In this document: positions 28,127 through 37,758 of the stretch, piece by piece
Position numbering within the stretch: the stretch's first letter is position 1
Layout of the letters: every line of letters starts with the position of its first letter
Source of the DNA: an uncultured Candidatus Entotheonella sp.
GTDB taxonomy: Bacteria > Tectomicrobia > Entotheonellia > Entotheonellales > Entotheonellaceae
Direction of reading: 5' to 3'
Assembly (NCBI GenBank): GCA_965215335.1
Contig: CBDCDA010000002.1
Span: 1,088,001-1,152,000 of the forward strand
DNA: 64,000 bases
Notes under the pieces: model-generated
The model's database searches: none
What the model was told of the DNA's origin: nothing
What the model saw: only the letters and a program-made list of their open reading frames with translations
Made by a program: the position numbers and the translations under genes

Positions 28127-29563
28127 TCAGGATTCGGTGGGGTCAGTGGATTTCTGTTGCATCAGACGTTTGTTTAGCGCTCGCCGGGTGAGGCCAAGCA
28201 TGCCGGCGGCGATGCCCTGATTGCCGCCGGCGCGTTGCATGGCCTCAGCGACCAGCGCCTGCTCGGCTTCTTTCAGGGTTGGCAGGCGGTCGGGGAAGAG
28301 GGACGACAGGTTTTCCAGCGCGGCGCTCGCTTGCGGGCCGCCGTCGGGACCGTTGCGGCGGTCGAAGGCAATGGACCTGAAGGTTTTGAGCGGCAGGACG
28401 CCGCTTTGGTGCTGGGCGACGGCGTCGAAGATCATCGCTTCCAGCTCGCGCACGTTGCCGGGGAACGTATACGTTTTGAGCAGGCGATACAGTTCCATCG
28501 GCGGTGTCGGTGTGGGCTTGCTCAACTCCTGAGCGGCCTTTTCCAGGAAATGGTTGATCAGCAGCGGCAGGTCTTCCCGGCGCTCGCGCAGCGGCGGGAT
28601 GTGCAGGTGGTGCGCTCGCAGGCGGTAATACAGGTCCTTGCGAAACGCCCCGGCGTTGACCCGCTCCACGATGTCCACGTTGGTCGCCACGATAACGCGT
28701 GCGCTGCTCTGTCGCGGGTTGTCGGCGCCGAGCGGGTAATACGTCCCCTCCTGCAGCAGGCGCAGCAATTTCACCTGCGACGGGATAGCCAGGTCGCCGA
28801 TCTCGTCCAGGAACAGGGTGCCGTCGGCAGCCTGGGTGATCAGCCCGCTTCTCGCTTGGTCGGCGCCGGTAAAGGCGCCCTTGGTGTGGCCGAACAGGGT
28901 GTCGGAGAACATCGTATCGTCCAGCCCGGCGACATTGACGGCGACCAGTTCCCCCTGTCCGCGCGACACCGTATGCACCGAGCGCGCCAGCAGTTCCTTG
29001 CCGGTGCCTGTCTCGCCGGTGACCAGCACCGGCTGGCGCGACGCGGCAATGGCCTCGACGTAGCGAAAAATGGCGTGCATCGCCTTGCTCTGCGTCACGA
29101 TGGCGGTAAAGGCGTCGCGCTGGTCGAGCTTTTCGGTCAGCAGGTGCTCCTTCAGCGACAGCACCTCGTCGCGCAGGTTGCGGATTTCCAGCGCCCGCGT
29201 CACCGACGACACGAAGCGGTTCTTCTCCACCGGTTTGACGAGGTAGTCGATGGCGCCGCCCTGCATGCACTGCACGGCGGTGTCGAGGTCGTTGGTGGCG
29301 GTCATCAGGATCACCGGCACGTCGGGATACCCGGCGGCGACCTGCGCCAGCAGGTCCTGGCCGGTGATGTGCGGCATGGCGAGGTCGAGCACGACGACGC
29401 CCACGTCCTGCTCGCTCAGCAGCGGCATGACCTCACGGCTGTCGTCGAGGGTGACGACATGCTTGACGCCCGAGGAGCGCAGCAACACGCTGGCGCTACG
29501 CAACAGCTGCGGCTCGTCGTCCACCAGCAGAATGGGGAGTGGCGATGAAGCGGTAGACGCCAT
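28127..29563 (-). CDS. Sigma54-dependent response regulator (NtrC family)
   Basis: Receiver (LVDDE, LDLAMP), GETGTGKE, GAFTGA, LFLDEIGD, PGNVRELE and a Fis-type HTH. Confidence 0.95.
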   Translation of the reverse strand: MASTASSPLPILLVDDEPQLLRSASVLLRSSGVKHVVTLDDSREVMPLLSEQDVGVVVLDLAMPHITGQDLLAQVAAGYPDVPVILMTATNDLDTAVQCMQGGAIDYLVKPVEKNRFVSSVTRALEIRNLRDEVLSLKEHLLTEKLDQRDAFTAIVTQSKAMHAIFRYVEAIAASRQPVLVTGETGTGKELLARSVHTVSRGQGELVAVNVAGLDDTMFSDTLFGHTKGAFTGADQARSGLITQAADGTLFLDEIGDLAIPSQVKLLRLLQEGTYYPLGADNPRQSSARVIVATNVDIVERVNAGAFRKDLYYRLRAHHLHIPPLRERREDLPLLINHFLEKAAQELSKPTPTPPMELYRLLKTYTFPGNVRELEAMIFDAVAQHQSGVLPLKTFRSIAFDRRNGPDGGPQASAALENLSSLFPDRLPTLKEAEQALVAEAMQRAGGNQGIAAGMLGLTRRALNKRLMQQKSTDPTES

Positions 29564-29582
29564 GCTTGGGGTTCTCCTCGTG

Positions 29583-31292
29583 CTAAACCTGCAGGGCTTC
29601 CGACGTGGGCGCTGGCGATTCGGCTGGACACGGCAGCGTCACCCGCACCCGGGTGCCCTGGCCGGGGACGGAGTCGAACATCAGGTTGCCGCCGTGGTCA
29701 CGCACCAGCGTGTACGTGATGGCGAGGCCGAGGCCCGTGCCGCCCTGCTCCTGCCTGGTCGTGAAAAACGGGTCGCACAGCCGTTCGACGTTTTCCTGCG
29801 GGATGCCGACGCCAGTGTCCCGCACCTCGATCTCGACGGCGCGGTCGTCCTGATTATACCGCGTCGATACGGTTACCTGTCCACCCTCCTCCGGCAGCGC
29901 CTCCAGGGCATTGGTGATGAGATTGACCACTACCTGCTCGATCTGTTGCATGTCGCCTTGCAACGGCGGCAGCCCCTCGGCGAGCTCCGCCTGGAAATCG
30001 CTCCTCTTGGCGGTGCGATGACGCAACAGGTTCACCGCCCGCTGCACCGCCTCGTTGACCTGCAAGGCGGTCTGCACGGCCTGCTGCCGGGGGCGCGCGA
30101 AATCCTTCAGATTGCTGACAATGCGCTCGATGCGCTGCGCGCCGGCGTGCATGTCGCGGATGAGGTCGGGCACCGTCTCGCGCATTTCCGCATATGGCAG
30201 CCCGCCGATCAGAAACTCGCCGTTTTCGTCGTGGTAATCCTCCAGTATGGACTGTGCGTCGCCCCACGCCTCGGCCAGCACGCGCGCATTCATCATCGTC
30301 AGATTGTTCGGGTTGTTGACCTCGTGCGCCACGCCGGCGACCAGCGTGCCCAGCGCCGTCATCTTGTTGGCCTGAATCAGTTGCAATTCCTGCTCATACG
30401 CCTTTTCTTCCAGGCGCGTGCGTTCGTCCATCTCGCGGCGCAAGCTGGCATTGGCGCGCCCGAGGTCGCGGGCGTTAGCGCGGAGGCGATTGAACAGGTA
30501 TACGAGGTAGGCCAGCAGCACGACGGCCACCAGATACAACAGGATGCGGTAGGTCTGCGCCCGTGCTTCCATTTGGCCGTAGTACTGCAGCGAGGCGTCG
30601 CGCAGCGCACGCACTCGCTCCGTGGTGGGGGCAGCAAGCAGCTGACGTAGCAGGTCGTCCACTTCCGGCAGCACGTCCACGATCAGGTGGCCGTGCAAGA
30701 CCAGGGTGTGCAGGTCGTGCTGAAACAGGGGAGCGCCGGTCATGTGGTTGAGCGCCGTTCTGATCTCGTTGCTGACCTCCCGCTGCGGCGTGCGCACGAA
30801 GCGCAGCATGGCGTTGGACAGGGTGCCGACGGCCGCGGCCACGGCGCGGTCGTTCACCGCCGTCCGGGTGCTGAGGGTGTGGCCGGTGTGCAGGAAATAC
30901 ATCAGCGAGTTGCGCAGCAGAGCGTTATCGGCCTTGAAGTATTCGAGTAGCGTTTCCTTGTCCTGCACGGCGCGCGACAGGTCCACAACGTGCCCGCCGA
31001 TGGCCGCGTCGAGCTCCTCGGACGCCGTCTCGCTCCAGGATTCCAGGTCTTCCAGGGCGCGGTACAGCCCGTCCGTGGCTTCCGACAACGAATCGTAATG
31101 GGCCAGCAAACCGGCGCGGGCGAGCAATACGTCACGGTTCAGCTCGGCATCATGCACTTCAAAGGCGTGCAGCGCCTCGTACATGCGTTCCCGCAGACTC
31201 GCATCCGGGTTTTGACTGCGAAGCAGCAAAAACGTCAGCAGCAGCAAGAGGCCGGTGACGACCAGCAGCCGCTTCCACGGGATGCGTCTCAC
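29583..31292 (-). CDS. Membrane sensor histidine kinase with all-helical periplasmic (DAHL-like) domain
   Basis: Two TMs; LNRDVLLARAGLLAHYDSL..FKADNALLRNSL; GVAHEVNNP, NLITNA, DTGVGI, PFFTT and GTGLGL. Confidence 0.9.
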   Translation of the reverse strand: MRRIPWKRLLVVTGLLLLLTFLLLRSQNPDASLRERMYEALHAFEVHDAELNRDVLLARAGLLAHYDSLSEATDGLYRALEDLESWSETASEELDAAIGGHVVDLSRAVQDKETLLEYFKADNALLRNSLMYFLHTGHTLSTRTAVNDRAVAAAVGTLSNAMLRFVRTPQREVSNEIRTALNHMTGAPLFQHDLHTLVLHGHLIVDVLPEVDDLLRQLLAAPTTERVRALRDASLQYYGQMEARAQTYRILLYLVAVVLLAYLVYLFNRLRANARDLGRANASLRREMDERTRLEEKAYEQELQLIQANKMTALGTLVAGVAHEVNNPNNLTMMNARVLAEAWGDAQSILEDYHDENGEFLIGGLPYAEMRETVPDLIRDMHAGAQRIERIVSNLKDFARPRQQAVQTALQVNEAVQRAVNLLRHRTAKRSDFQAELAEGLPPLQGDMQQIEQVVVNLITNALEALPEEGGQVTVSTRYNQDDRAVEIEVRDTGVGIPQENVERLCDPFFTTRQEQGGTGLGLAITYTLVRDHGGNLMFDSVPGQGTRVRVTLPCPAESPAPTSEALQV

Positions 31293-32275
31293 GATGCGTC
31301 CTCGCCTGGAAGGGTCAGCAACTGCCCCTGGTATTCGCCGGTGAGCGTGTGCAGGAACTGCACGATGAGCTCGATCTCTTCAGTATGCAGCGGTCTGCCG
31401 AGTTGTCGGGTGGCCATCAGGTCCACCGCGGTTTCGAGGGTTTGCACGCGTCCGTCGTGGTAATAGGGCGCCGTCACCGCCACGTTGCGCAAGCTGGGCA
31501 CGCGGAACACCTGCCGGTCGCGTTCCGCGCCGGTGACGCCGAAGCGGCCCACGTCTTCGTCATCGTGCCGTCTGTCCTGGCTGCGGAAGATGCCGAAGCG
31601 CTGGAACATGTTGCCGCCCACGTTGACGCCCTGGTGGCAGGCGACGCAGCCATAGGATTTGAACAATTCGTAGCCCCGTTTTTCATCATCGCCGAGCGCG
31701 TCGGCGTTGCCGCGCAGATGCTGGTCGAAACGCGAATTGGGCGTGATCAGCGAGCGCTCGAAGCTGGCCACGGCGTGCAGCGTGTTCGCCCGCGTCAGCC
31801 CGCCGGGGTAGGCGGCGTTGAAGGCGCTCACGTAGTCGGCGTCGGCCTGCAGCTTGGGCAGAACGTCCGCCCAATCGCTATTCATGATGGTGGGATCGTG
31901 GATGGCGGCCTCGACTTCCGCTTCGAGCGTGCGGAAGCCGCCATCCCAGTGGAAGCGCGAATTCAACGCCACGTTGAAAACCGTCGGGGTGTTGCGCAGA
32001 TGCAGGCCGCCCGTCGGGGTCGGGGGCCGTGCCACGCCGTCGCCGCCACCCTGGTCGAGCCGGTGGCAGGTGGCACAGGAAAAGACGTTGTTACGCGACA
32101 GGCGCGGGTCGTGAAACAGCTTCTCACCGAGGGCGACCTGCGCGGCATCGAGCTCGGTGGTGAGAGGAATCGGGACGATCGGCTCGCTGTCCCAGGAGCC
32201 CGCCGCCGGCAAGGGGGTTTCGGCGTTCGGTGTTGGCGCCGTGCAGGCAAGGTGCAGCGCCATGACGACAAGCAT
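31289..32275 (-). CDS. Di-heme cytochrome c peroxidase/MauG-family protein
   Basis: LFHDPRLS, CATCH, RNTPTVFN, CVACH and FRVPSLRNVAVTAPYYHDG; GTGA overlap with the kinase; start uncertain. Confidence 0.9.
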   Translation of the reverse strand: MLVVMALHLACTAPTPNAETPLPAAGSWDSEPIVPIPLTTELDAAQVALGEKLFHDPRLSRNNVFSCATCHRLDQGGGDGVARPPTPTGGLHLRNTPTVFNVALNSRFHWDGGFRTLEAEVEAAIHDPTIMNSDWADVLPKLQADADYVSAFNAAYPGGLTRANTLHAVASFERSLITPNSRFDQHLRGNADALGDDEKRGYELFKSYGCVACHQGVNVGGNMFQRFGIFRSQDRRHDDEDVGRFGVTGAERDRQVFRVPSLRNVAVTAPYYHDGRVQTLETAVDLMATRQLGRPLHTEEIELIVQFLHTLTGEYQGQLLTLPGEDAS

Positions 32276-32357
32276 GATTCGCACGACAACTGATTTGCCG
32301 CTAGCCCACACGGTATTCCCAGCCCTTGCGCATCCATGGTGAAACGAGGCGGGCATG

Positions 32358-32603
32358 CTAGGCAAGGGCGGTATGGCTGTCAAGTTTGGTGGCCCAGAGG
32401 TGCGGCGTGGTCCCAAAATAGCGCGCCAGCCGCAACGCCGTGTCGGCCGTCACGCTCCGCTGGCCGTGCAGTATCCATGTGATTCGATTTACCGGCACAT
32501 CCAGCGCCTTCGACAACGCGCTGGCCGATAGTCCGAGCGCATCTGGCTCCTCGCGCAATATCTCACCTGGACGTACCGGTCTCATCCTGTTTCTCGCGTT
32601 CAT
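32358..32603 (-). pseudogene. HigA-family antitoxin (C-terminally truncated)
   Basis: PVRPGEILREE...SVTADTALRLARYFGTT. Confidence 0.8.
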
Positions 32604-32615
32604 GCCTCCAGTCCC

Positions 32616-32680
32616 TCAGTGATAGCCCACAATCTCCACGTCGCACGGTCCATCGTCTGTCCAGGCACGCAAATCCGGAT
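32616..32680 (-). pseudogene. HigB toxin C-terminal remnant
   Basis: Encodes ..WTDDGPCDVEIVGYH* directly upstream of higA. Confidence 0.6.
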
Positions 32681-32688
32681 CCAGGACA

Positions 32689-33504
32689 CTACACGGCGAC
32701 GGGGAATTTGATGAAGGCGTGGCAGCGGTAGTCCAGCAGGGTGAAGTCCTCGAAGCGCAGGTCGAAGAAGGGCTTGCGGCGGATGTGGACGCGGGGCGGG
32801 GGAAACGGCTCGCGCCCCAGTTGGGTGCGGAGGCCGTCCACGTGATCGAGGTAGACGTGGGCGTCGCCGAGGGTGTGGATGAAGACGCCCGGTTGCAGGT
32901 CGCATTCCTGCGCCACCATCATGAGGAGCAGGGCGTAGCTGGCGATGTTGAACGGCACGCCGACCGCCAGGTCGGCCGAGCGCTGATACACCTGCAGATC
33001 GAGTCGGCCGTCGACGACGTAGAGCTGCATCAACAGATGACACGGCGGCAGGGCCATGTCGGGCAGGTCGGCGACGTTCCAGGCGCTCACGACGATGCGT
33101 CGGGAGTACGGGTCGCTCTTGATGGTGTCGATCGCCTGGCGGACTTGATCGACGTGGCTCTCCGTGAGTTCACCGGTCTCCTCGTCGCGCGCGTAGCGCG
33201 GCCACTTGCGCCACTGGTATCCGTAGATGGGGCCTAATTCCCCGTCATCGTTCGCCCACGGGTTCCAGATAGGCGTATGGGCCGCCAGACCGTCGTGGAT
33301 GTTGGTGGAGCCGCGCAAGAACCACAGAAGCTCCCGCAGCACGGCGTCAAACAGCACCTTCTTGGTGGTGACGAGCGGGAAGCCTTGCCGCAAGTCGTAG
33401 CGCGTCTGCAGCCCGAACAGGGACAGCGCCTTCATCTCCGTGCGGTTGGTTCGTTCTACGCCGTTGTCCAGGACGTTGCGGACAAGTTCCAGATAGGCTT
33501 TCAC
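32689..33504 (-). CDS. thyA: Thymidylate synthase
   Basis: [31 protein letters not shown] and [15 protein letters not shown]. Confidence 0.97.
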   Translation of the reverse strand: MKAYLELVRNVLDNGVERTNRTEMKALSLFGLQTRYDLRQGFPLVTTKKVLFDAVLRELLWFLRGSTNIHDGLAAHTPIWNPWANDDGELGPIYGYQWRKWPRYARDEETGELTESHVDQVRQAIDTIKSDPYSRRIVVSAWNVADLPDMALPPCHLLMQLYVVDGRLDLQVYQRSADLAVGVPFNIASYALLLMMVAQECDLQPGVFIHTLGDAHVYLDHVDGLRTQLGREPFPPPRVHIRRKPFFDLRFEDFTLLDYRCHAFIKFPVAV

Positions 33505-33693
33505 GCCATCTCTCCGGTCACCGTCAGCACGTCCCGAAACATGGTATACTCCTCGCCACTCACGCGCGAGAACAGAATCGGCGCATTTTTCCACACCTCC
33601 TGCGCCCCGTCAATACGGGTTCCCTGTGTTCGCCTCACGTACCCAGTCGCCCACTCTTAACGGCCCAAATCGAAATATACGGGGAGTCTTGTC

Positions 33694-34728
33694 ATGACAT
33701 CACGCCTGTTTGTCGTTCCCGCCCGCTGGCTGGCCTTGCTGCCTTGTACCATGCTGCTCATGCCGTCTGGCCTGCCAGCCTTGGCCGCCGACCTGCCCGA
33801 AGTGGTCGCGACGGTGCATGATCGGTCCATTTCCGCGGCAGAACTGAACGCCTCCATGCGTGGCCAGCTCCTGCAGATGGACATGGAGCGCTACGAGGCC
33901 ATGAAGGCCCAGCTCGATACCCTCGTCGCCGAGCGTCTCATCGCCCTGGAAGCGGCGGCGCGCGGCATGAGCGCGGAGGAATTCGCGCGTGTCGAGGTTT
34001 TCGCCAAAATGGAGCCCGTGACCCCCGATCAGGTCAGGAGCTTCTACGACGACAACAAGGAGCGGTTGCCGCGCTCGTTCGAGGAACTCGAAGGACGCAT
34101 CACGGTGCATCTGCAGCGGCAGTCGGAGTCGCGGCGTCGCGAGGCATTGGCGCGCGAGTTGCGGCAACGCTATCCAGTGCGTATCGCCCTGGCGCCCCCT
34201 CGTGTCGACGTCGGCGCCGATGACGATCCGTTCATGGGGCCGCAGGACGCACCCGTAACCCTCGTCGAGTTTTCCGATTTCCAATGCCCCTATTGCCGTC
34301 GCGTGCAATCCGTGCTGAAGCGGCTCATGACCGCCTACCACGGCCAGTTGAAACTCGTCTTCCGTGATTTTCCGCTACGGCAGATTCATCCAGAGGCGCA
34401 GAAAGCCGCCGAAGCCGCGCAATGCGCCAACGATCAGGGGCAGTTCTGGCAATATCACGACCGCCTGTTCGCCGCCACCGAGTTGGGGGTCGAGCATCTC
34501 AAGCAATACGCCGTGGAACTGGGCCTCGACGCCGAGGGCTTCAACGCCTGCCTGGATTCCGAGAAATATCGCCAGGAGGTGCAGGACGACATCGATGACG
34601 CGCGCGCCGTCGGGGTGAACGCCACGCCATCGTTTTTCGTCAACGGCCTGCCGATCAACGGTGCCGTACCCTTCGAGCGCTTCGTGGAAATGGTCGAGCT
34701 GGCGCTGGAGCGCGCCGACGGACAATAA
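33694..34728 (+). CDS. DsbA-family thiol-disulfide oxidoreductase with N-terminal helical (SurA-like) domain
   Basis: Signal peptide; EFSDFQCPYC; GVNATPSFFVNG. Confidence 0.9.
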   Translation: MTSRLFVVPARWLALLPCTMLLMPSGLPALAADLPEVVATVHDRSISAAELNASMRGQLLQMDMERYEAMKAQLDTLVAERLIALEAAARGMSAEEFARVEVFAKMEPVTPDQVRSFYDDNKERLPRSFEELEGRITVHLQRQSESRRREALARELRQRYPVRIALAPPRVDVGADDDPFMGPQDAPVTLVEFSDFQCPYCRRVQSVLKRLMTAYHGQLKLVFRDFPLRQIHPEAQKAAEAAQCANDQGQFWQYHDRLFAATELGVEHLKQYAVELGLDAEGFNACLDSEKYRQEVQDDIDDARAVGVNATPSFFVNGLPINGAVPFERFVEMVELALERADGQ

Positions 34729-34769
34729 ACGGTCGCGTCAGGGCAAGAAGAGGGTGAAGAGGGTGTAGC

Positions 34770-35603
34770 ATGGAGGTCTCAGAAGCCCGACGCCGCTTTG
34801 CGGCATACATCGAGCGCCCGGCGGCGGACGTTCGCCTGGCCGAAGGGGCGCTTCTCATCGCTCTGGAAGCCTATCCCGACCTCGACGTCGATGCCTGCCT
34901 GCGACGTCTCGACGGCATGGCGGAAACGGTTTCGGCCCGCCTCGGCCTGGAACTCGAACCCCGCCGCATCGTCTCGCACCTCAACGCCTGTCTCTTCAGG
35001 GAACAGGGCTTGCGCGGCAATCGCAGGGATTACTACGACACCCGCAACAGTTTCCTGAACGAGGTGCTGGACCGCAAGGTCGGCATTCCAATTACCCTTT
35101 CCATCGTCTACCTCGACGTCGGCCGTGGCGTCGGCCTGCCGATCAACGGCGTCGGCCTGCCGGGACACTTCATCGTGCAATACGGCGCCCATCCCGAGCC
35201 GTTCTACATTGACCCGTTTCACGGCGGCAAGATCCTTTCGGAGCAGGCCTGCGCCGCCCGCGTGGCGCAAATCTACGGCCGCGCCCTGCCGTGGCGCACG
35301 TCGTACCTCGACGCGGTCGATGACCTGCACATCCTGGCGCGCGTGCTGAACAATCTGAAGGTCATCTACGTGCGCAAGGGCACCCACGAACTGGCTCTCG
35401 GCGTCGTCGAACGCCTCGTCCTCCTGCAGCCCGACGCCCCCTCCGAAATCCGCGACCGCGGCCTGTTGCGCGCTCAGATCGGCCATCTGCACGCGGCCCT
35501 GGAAGACCTGAATACCTACCTGGAAGCCTGCCCCGAGGCGCCCGACGCCCCGGCCATGCGGCGTCACGTCGAGGCGCTGCGGCGGGGTCTGCGCGACGAC
35601 TGA
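34770..35603 (+). CDS. SirB1-like transglutaminase-like/TPR protein
   Basis: YYDTRNSFLNEVL.RK.GIPITL, GLPGHF, IDPF and EIRDRG. Confidence 0.88.
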   Translation: MEVSEARRRFAAYIERPAADVRLAEGALLIALEAYPDLDVDACLRRLDGMAETVSARLGLELEPRRIVSHLNACLFREQGLRGNRRDYYDTRNSFLNEVLDRKVGIPITLSIVYLDVGRGVGLPINGVGLPGHFIVQYGAHPEPFYIDPFHGGKILSEQACAARVAQIYGRALPWRTSYLDAVDDLHILARVLNNLKVIYVRKGTHELALGVVERLVLLQPDAPSEIRDRGLLRAQIGHLHAALEDLNTYLEACPEAPDAPAMRRHVEALRRGLRDD

Positions 35604-35739
35604 ACAGCGACGCAAGCGGCCATTTTTCCGCTGCTTTCGCGCCCTTGCGCGGCTATAATGAACCGCGTCTGCATCGTACCGACGGCACTCGCAGGAGGCC
35701 GACAAACACGCGCGGCAGCGCGCCGCAAAGGAGAATTGC

Positions 35740-37182
35740 ATGGCGCTCAGAACGCCACAGGAATATATCGCCAGCCTGCAAGACGGGCGTGTGGTCTACT
35801 ACAGAGGGGAACGGGTGAAGGACGTGACCAGCCACCCCACCCTGAGCGTCGCCGTCAAGCACGCCTGCATCGACTACGAAATGGCCGAGGACCCGACGTA
35901 CCGCGACCTCGCCGTTCTCGACGACCCCCACGGCGAGACCATCAGCCGCTACTACCATTTGCCCCGCAACAGCGACGACCTGCTCAAGCGCAGCAAGCTC
36001 ATCGAGACCGCCACCGCCCTGGGTCGTACCCTGGTGGTGCTCATCAAGGAAATCGGCACCGACGCTCTCTTCGCCCTGCACATGGTGGCGCGCCACCTGG
36101 ACGATACCCTCAAGACCGCTTACCTGCCGCGCGTGCGGGCGTTTTACCGCCATTGCGCCACCCAGGACCTGGCCGTTGCCGTGGCCCAGACCGACGTGAA
36201 AGGCGACCGCTCCCGACCGCCTTCGCAGCAGGCCCATCCCGATTACTACGTGCGCATCGTCGACGAAAGACCGGACGGCATCGTGGTGCGCGGCGCCAAA
36301 ATCCACACCTCGGTGATGACCAACGCCAACGAGGTGATCGTGCTGCCGACGCGCAACATGGCCGAGGCCGACCGCGACTACGCCGTGGCCTTCGCCATCC
36401 CCGCCGCTACCCCTGGGCTGAAGATGATCTGCAGCCCGTACGGCGCGCCGCGGCACGGCAACTTCGATCATCCCATCACCTCGCAGCACAAAATGACCGA
36501 AACGCTGACGGTGTTCGACGACGTGTTCGTGCCGTGCGAACGGGTCTTTCTGCAAAAAGAGTGGCAATACGCCGGTGCGCTGGCCAAGACGTTCGTCGAG
36601 TTCCACCGCTTTACCGCCATTTCCTACAAGCTGCCGCTCACCGACACCCTGGTGGGTGCGGCGCAGTTGATCGCCGACTACAACGGCCTGCTGCGGGCCG
36701 GCCACATCCGCGAGAAGATCACCCGCCTCATCGCCTACACGCAAACCCTGCGCGCCCTCACCACCCAGGCCGCCCTGGCCTGCCGCGTCGCCGAGGAAGG
36801 CATCGCGGTGCCCAGCCCGCTGCTGGTCAACATCGCCAAGCTGCACTTCGCCGAGAATTATCACGCCATGATCGGCGCCCTGCAGGACGTCAGTGGCGGC
36901 ATTCTGGTCACGGCGCCCGGCGAGGCCGACCTGCTGAATCCCGACACCCGCCCCCTCATCGAAAAGTACCTCGGCGGCCGGGAGGGCGTGCCGGCGGCGG
37001 ACCGCCTGCGGGCGCTCAACATGATTTCGGAATTGACCGCGGCGGATTTCGGCGGTTATCAGGCGGTGCTGGCGATTCACGCCGAGGGGTCCATCGAGGC
37101 GGAAAAGATGACCATTCACCGCGAGCATGATTTCCAGGACAGCCTCAAGCTCGCCAAGTACGTGGCCGGTCTCGATACCTGA
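35740..37182 (+). CDS. 4-hydroxyphenylacetate 3-hydroxylase / 4-hydroxybutyryl-CoA dehydratase family flavoprotein
   Basis: AQTDVKGDRS, GIVVRGAK.H and FDDVFVP.ERVF motifs. Confidence 0.88.
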   Translation: MALRTPQEYIASLQDGRVVYYRGERVKDVTSHPTLSVAVKHACIDYEMAEDPTYRDLAVLDDPHGETISRYYHLPRNSDDLLKRSKLIETATALGRTLVVLIKEIGTDALFALHMVARHLDDTLKTAYLPRVRAFYRHCATQDLAVAVAQTDVKGDRSRPPSQQAHPDYYVRIVDERPDGIVVRGAKIHTSVMTNANEVIVLPTRNMAEADRDYAVAFAIPAATPGLKMICSPYGAPRHGNFDHPITSQHKMTETLTVFDDVFVPCERVFLQKEWQYAGALAKTFVEFHRFTAISYKLPLTDTLVGAAQLIADYNGLLRAGHIREKITRLIAYTQTLRALTTQAALACRVAEEGIAVPSPLLVNIAKLHFAENYHAMIGALQDVSGGILVTAPGEADLLNPDTRPLIEKYLGGREGVPAADRLRALNMISELTAADFGGYQAVLAIHAEGSIEAEKMTIHREHDFQDSLKLAKYVAGLDT

Positions 37183-37223
37183 GGCGCGCCGCGCCCTCGT
37201 CCCAAGCCCAGAAGGGAAACGCC

Positions 37224-37724
37224 ATGCCATTCGATCCAGCGCTGTTCCGTCAGGTGCTCGGCCGCTTCGCAACGGGTGTGACGGTGATTACCACGTGCAA
37301 GGGAGGTTCCAAGCACGGCATGACGGCGAATGCCTTCACGTCCGTATCCCTCGACCCGCCGCTGATCCTCGTGAGCGTCGACAAGAAGGCCGACATGCAC
37401 GGCTGGTTGACGGACTCGGGTGTCTTCTGCGTCAACATCCTGCCGGAGCACCGCCGCGCCTGGTCCGACTGGTGGGCCGGCAAGGCGCCAAAGGATGCCG
37501 ATCAGTTCGCCGCCATACCCCACGGTGTGAAGGAGACTGGAAGCCCGGTGCTGGACGAATGCCTCGGCTTCCTTGATTGCAAGGTCTGGGCGCGATACGA
37601 GGGCGGCGACCACACCCTGTTCCTGGGCGAGGTGCAGGAGGCCGCGGTGAGCGCGGCCGAACCCCTGCGTCCGCTGCTCTTCTTTGCCAGCAAGTACGGC
37701 AAGTTGCAGGCGGAAGAAGGGTAG
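37224..37724 (+). CDS. Flavin reductase (HpaC-like)
   Basis: FATGVTVIT, GMTANAFTSVSLDPPL and GGDHTLFLGEV. Confidence 0.93.
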   Translation: MPFDPALFRQVLGRFATGVTVITTCKGGSKHGMTANAFTSVSLDPPLILVSVDKKADMHGWLTDSGVFCVNILPEHRRAWSDWWAGKAPKDADQFAAIPHGVKETGSPVLDECLGFLDCKVWARYEGGDHTLFLGEVQEAAVSAAEPLRPLLFFASKYGKLQAEEG

Positions 37725-37758
37725 GGTGCCGGGCGCGGCGCGGCGGAACGGGCCGGGT

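Noticed and set aside
27547..32275. A complete pqq biosynthetic operon
   Set aside because: Only pqqA is present and it is followed by a terminator; no PqqB, C, D or E motifs are in the window
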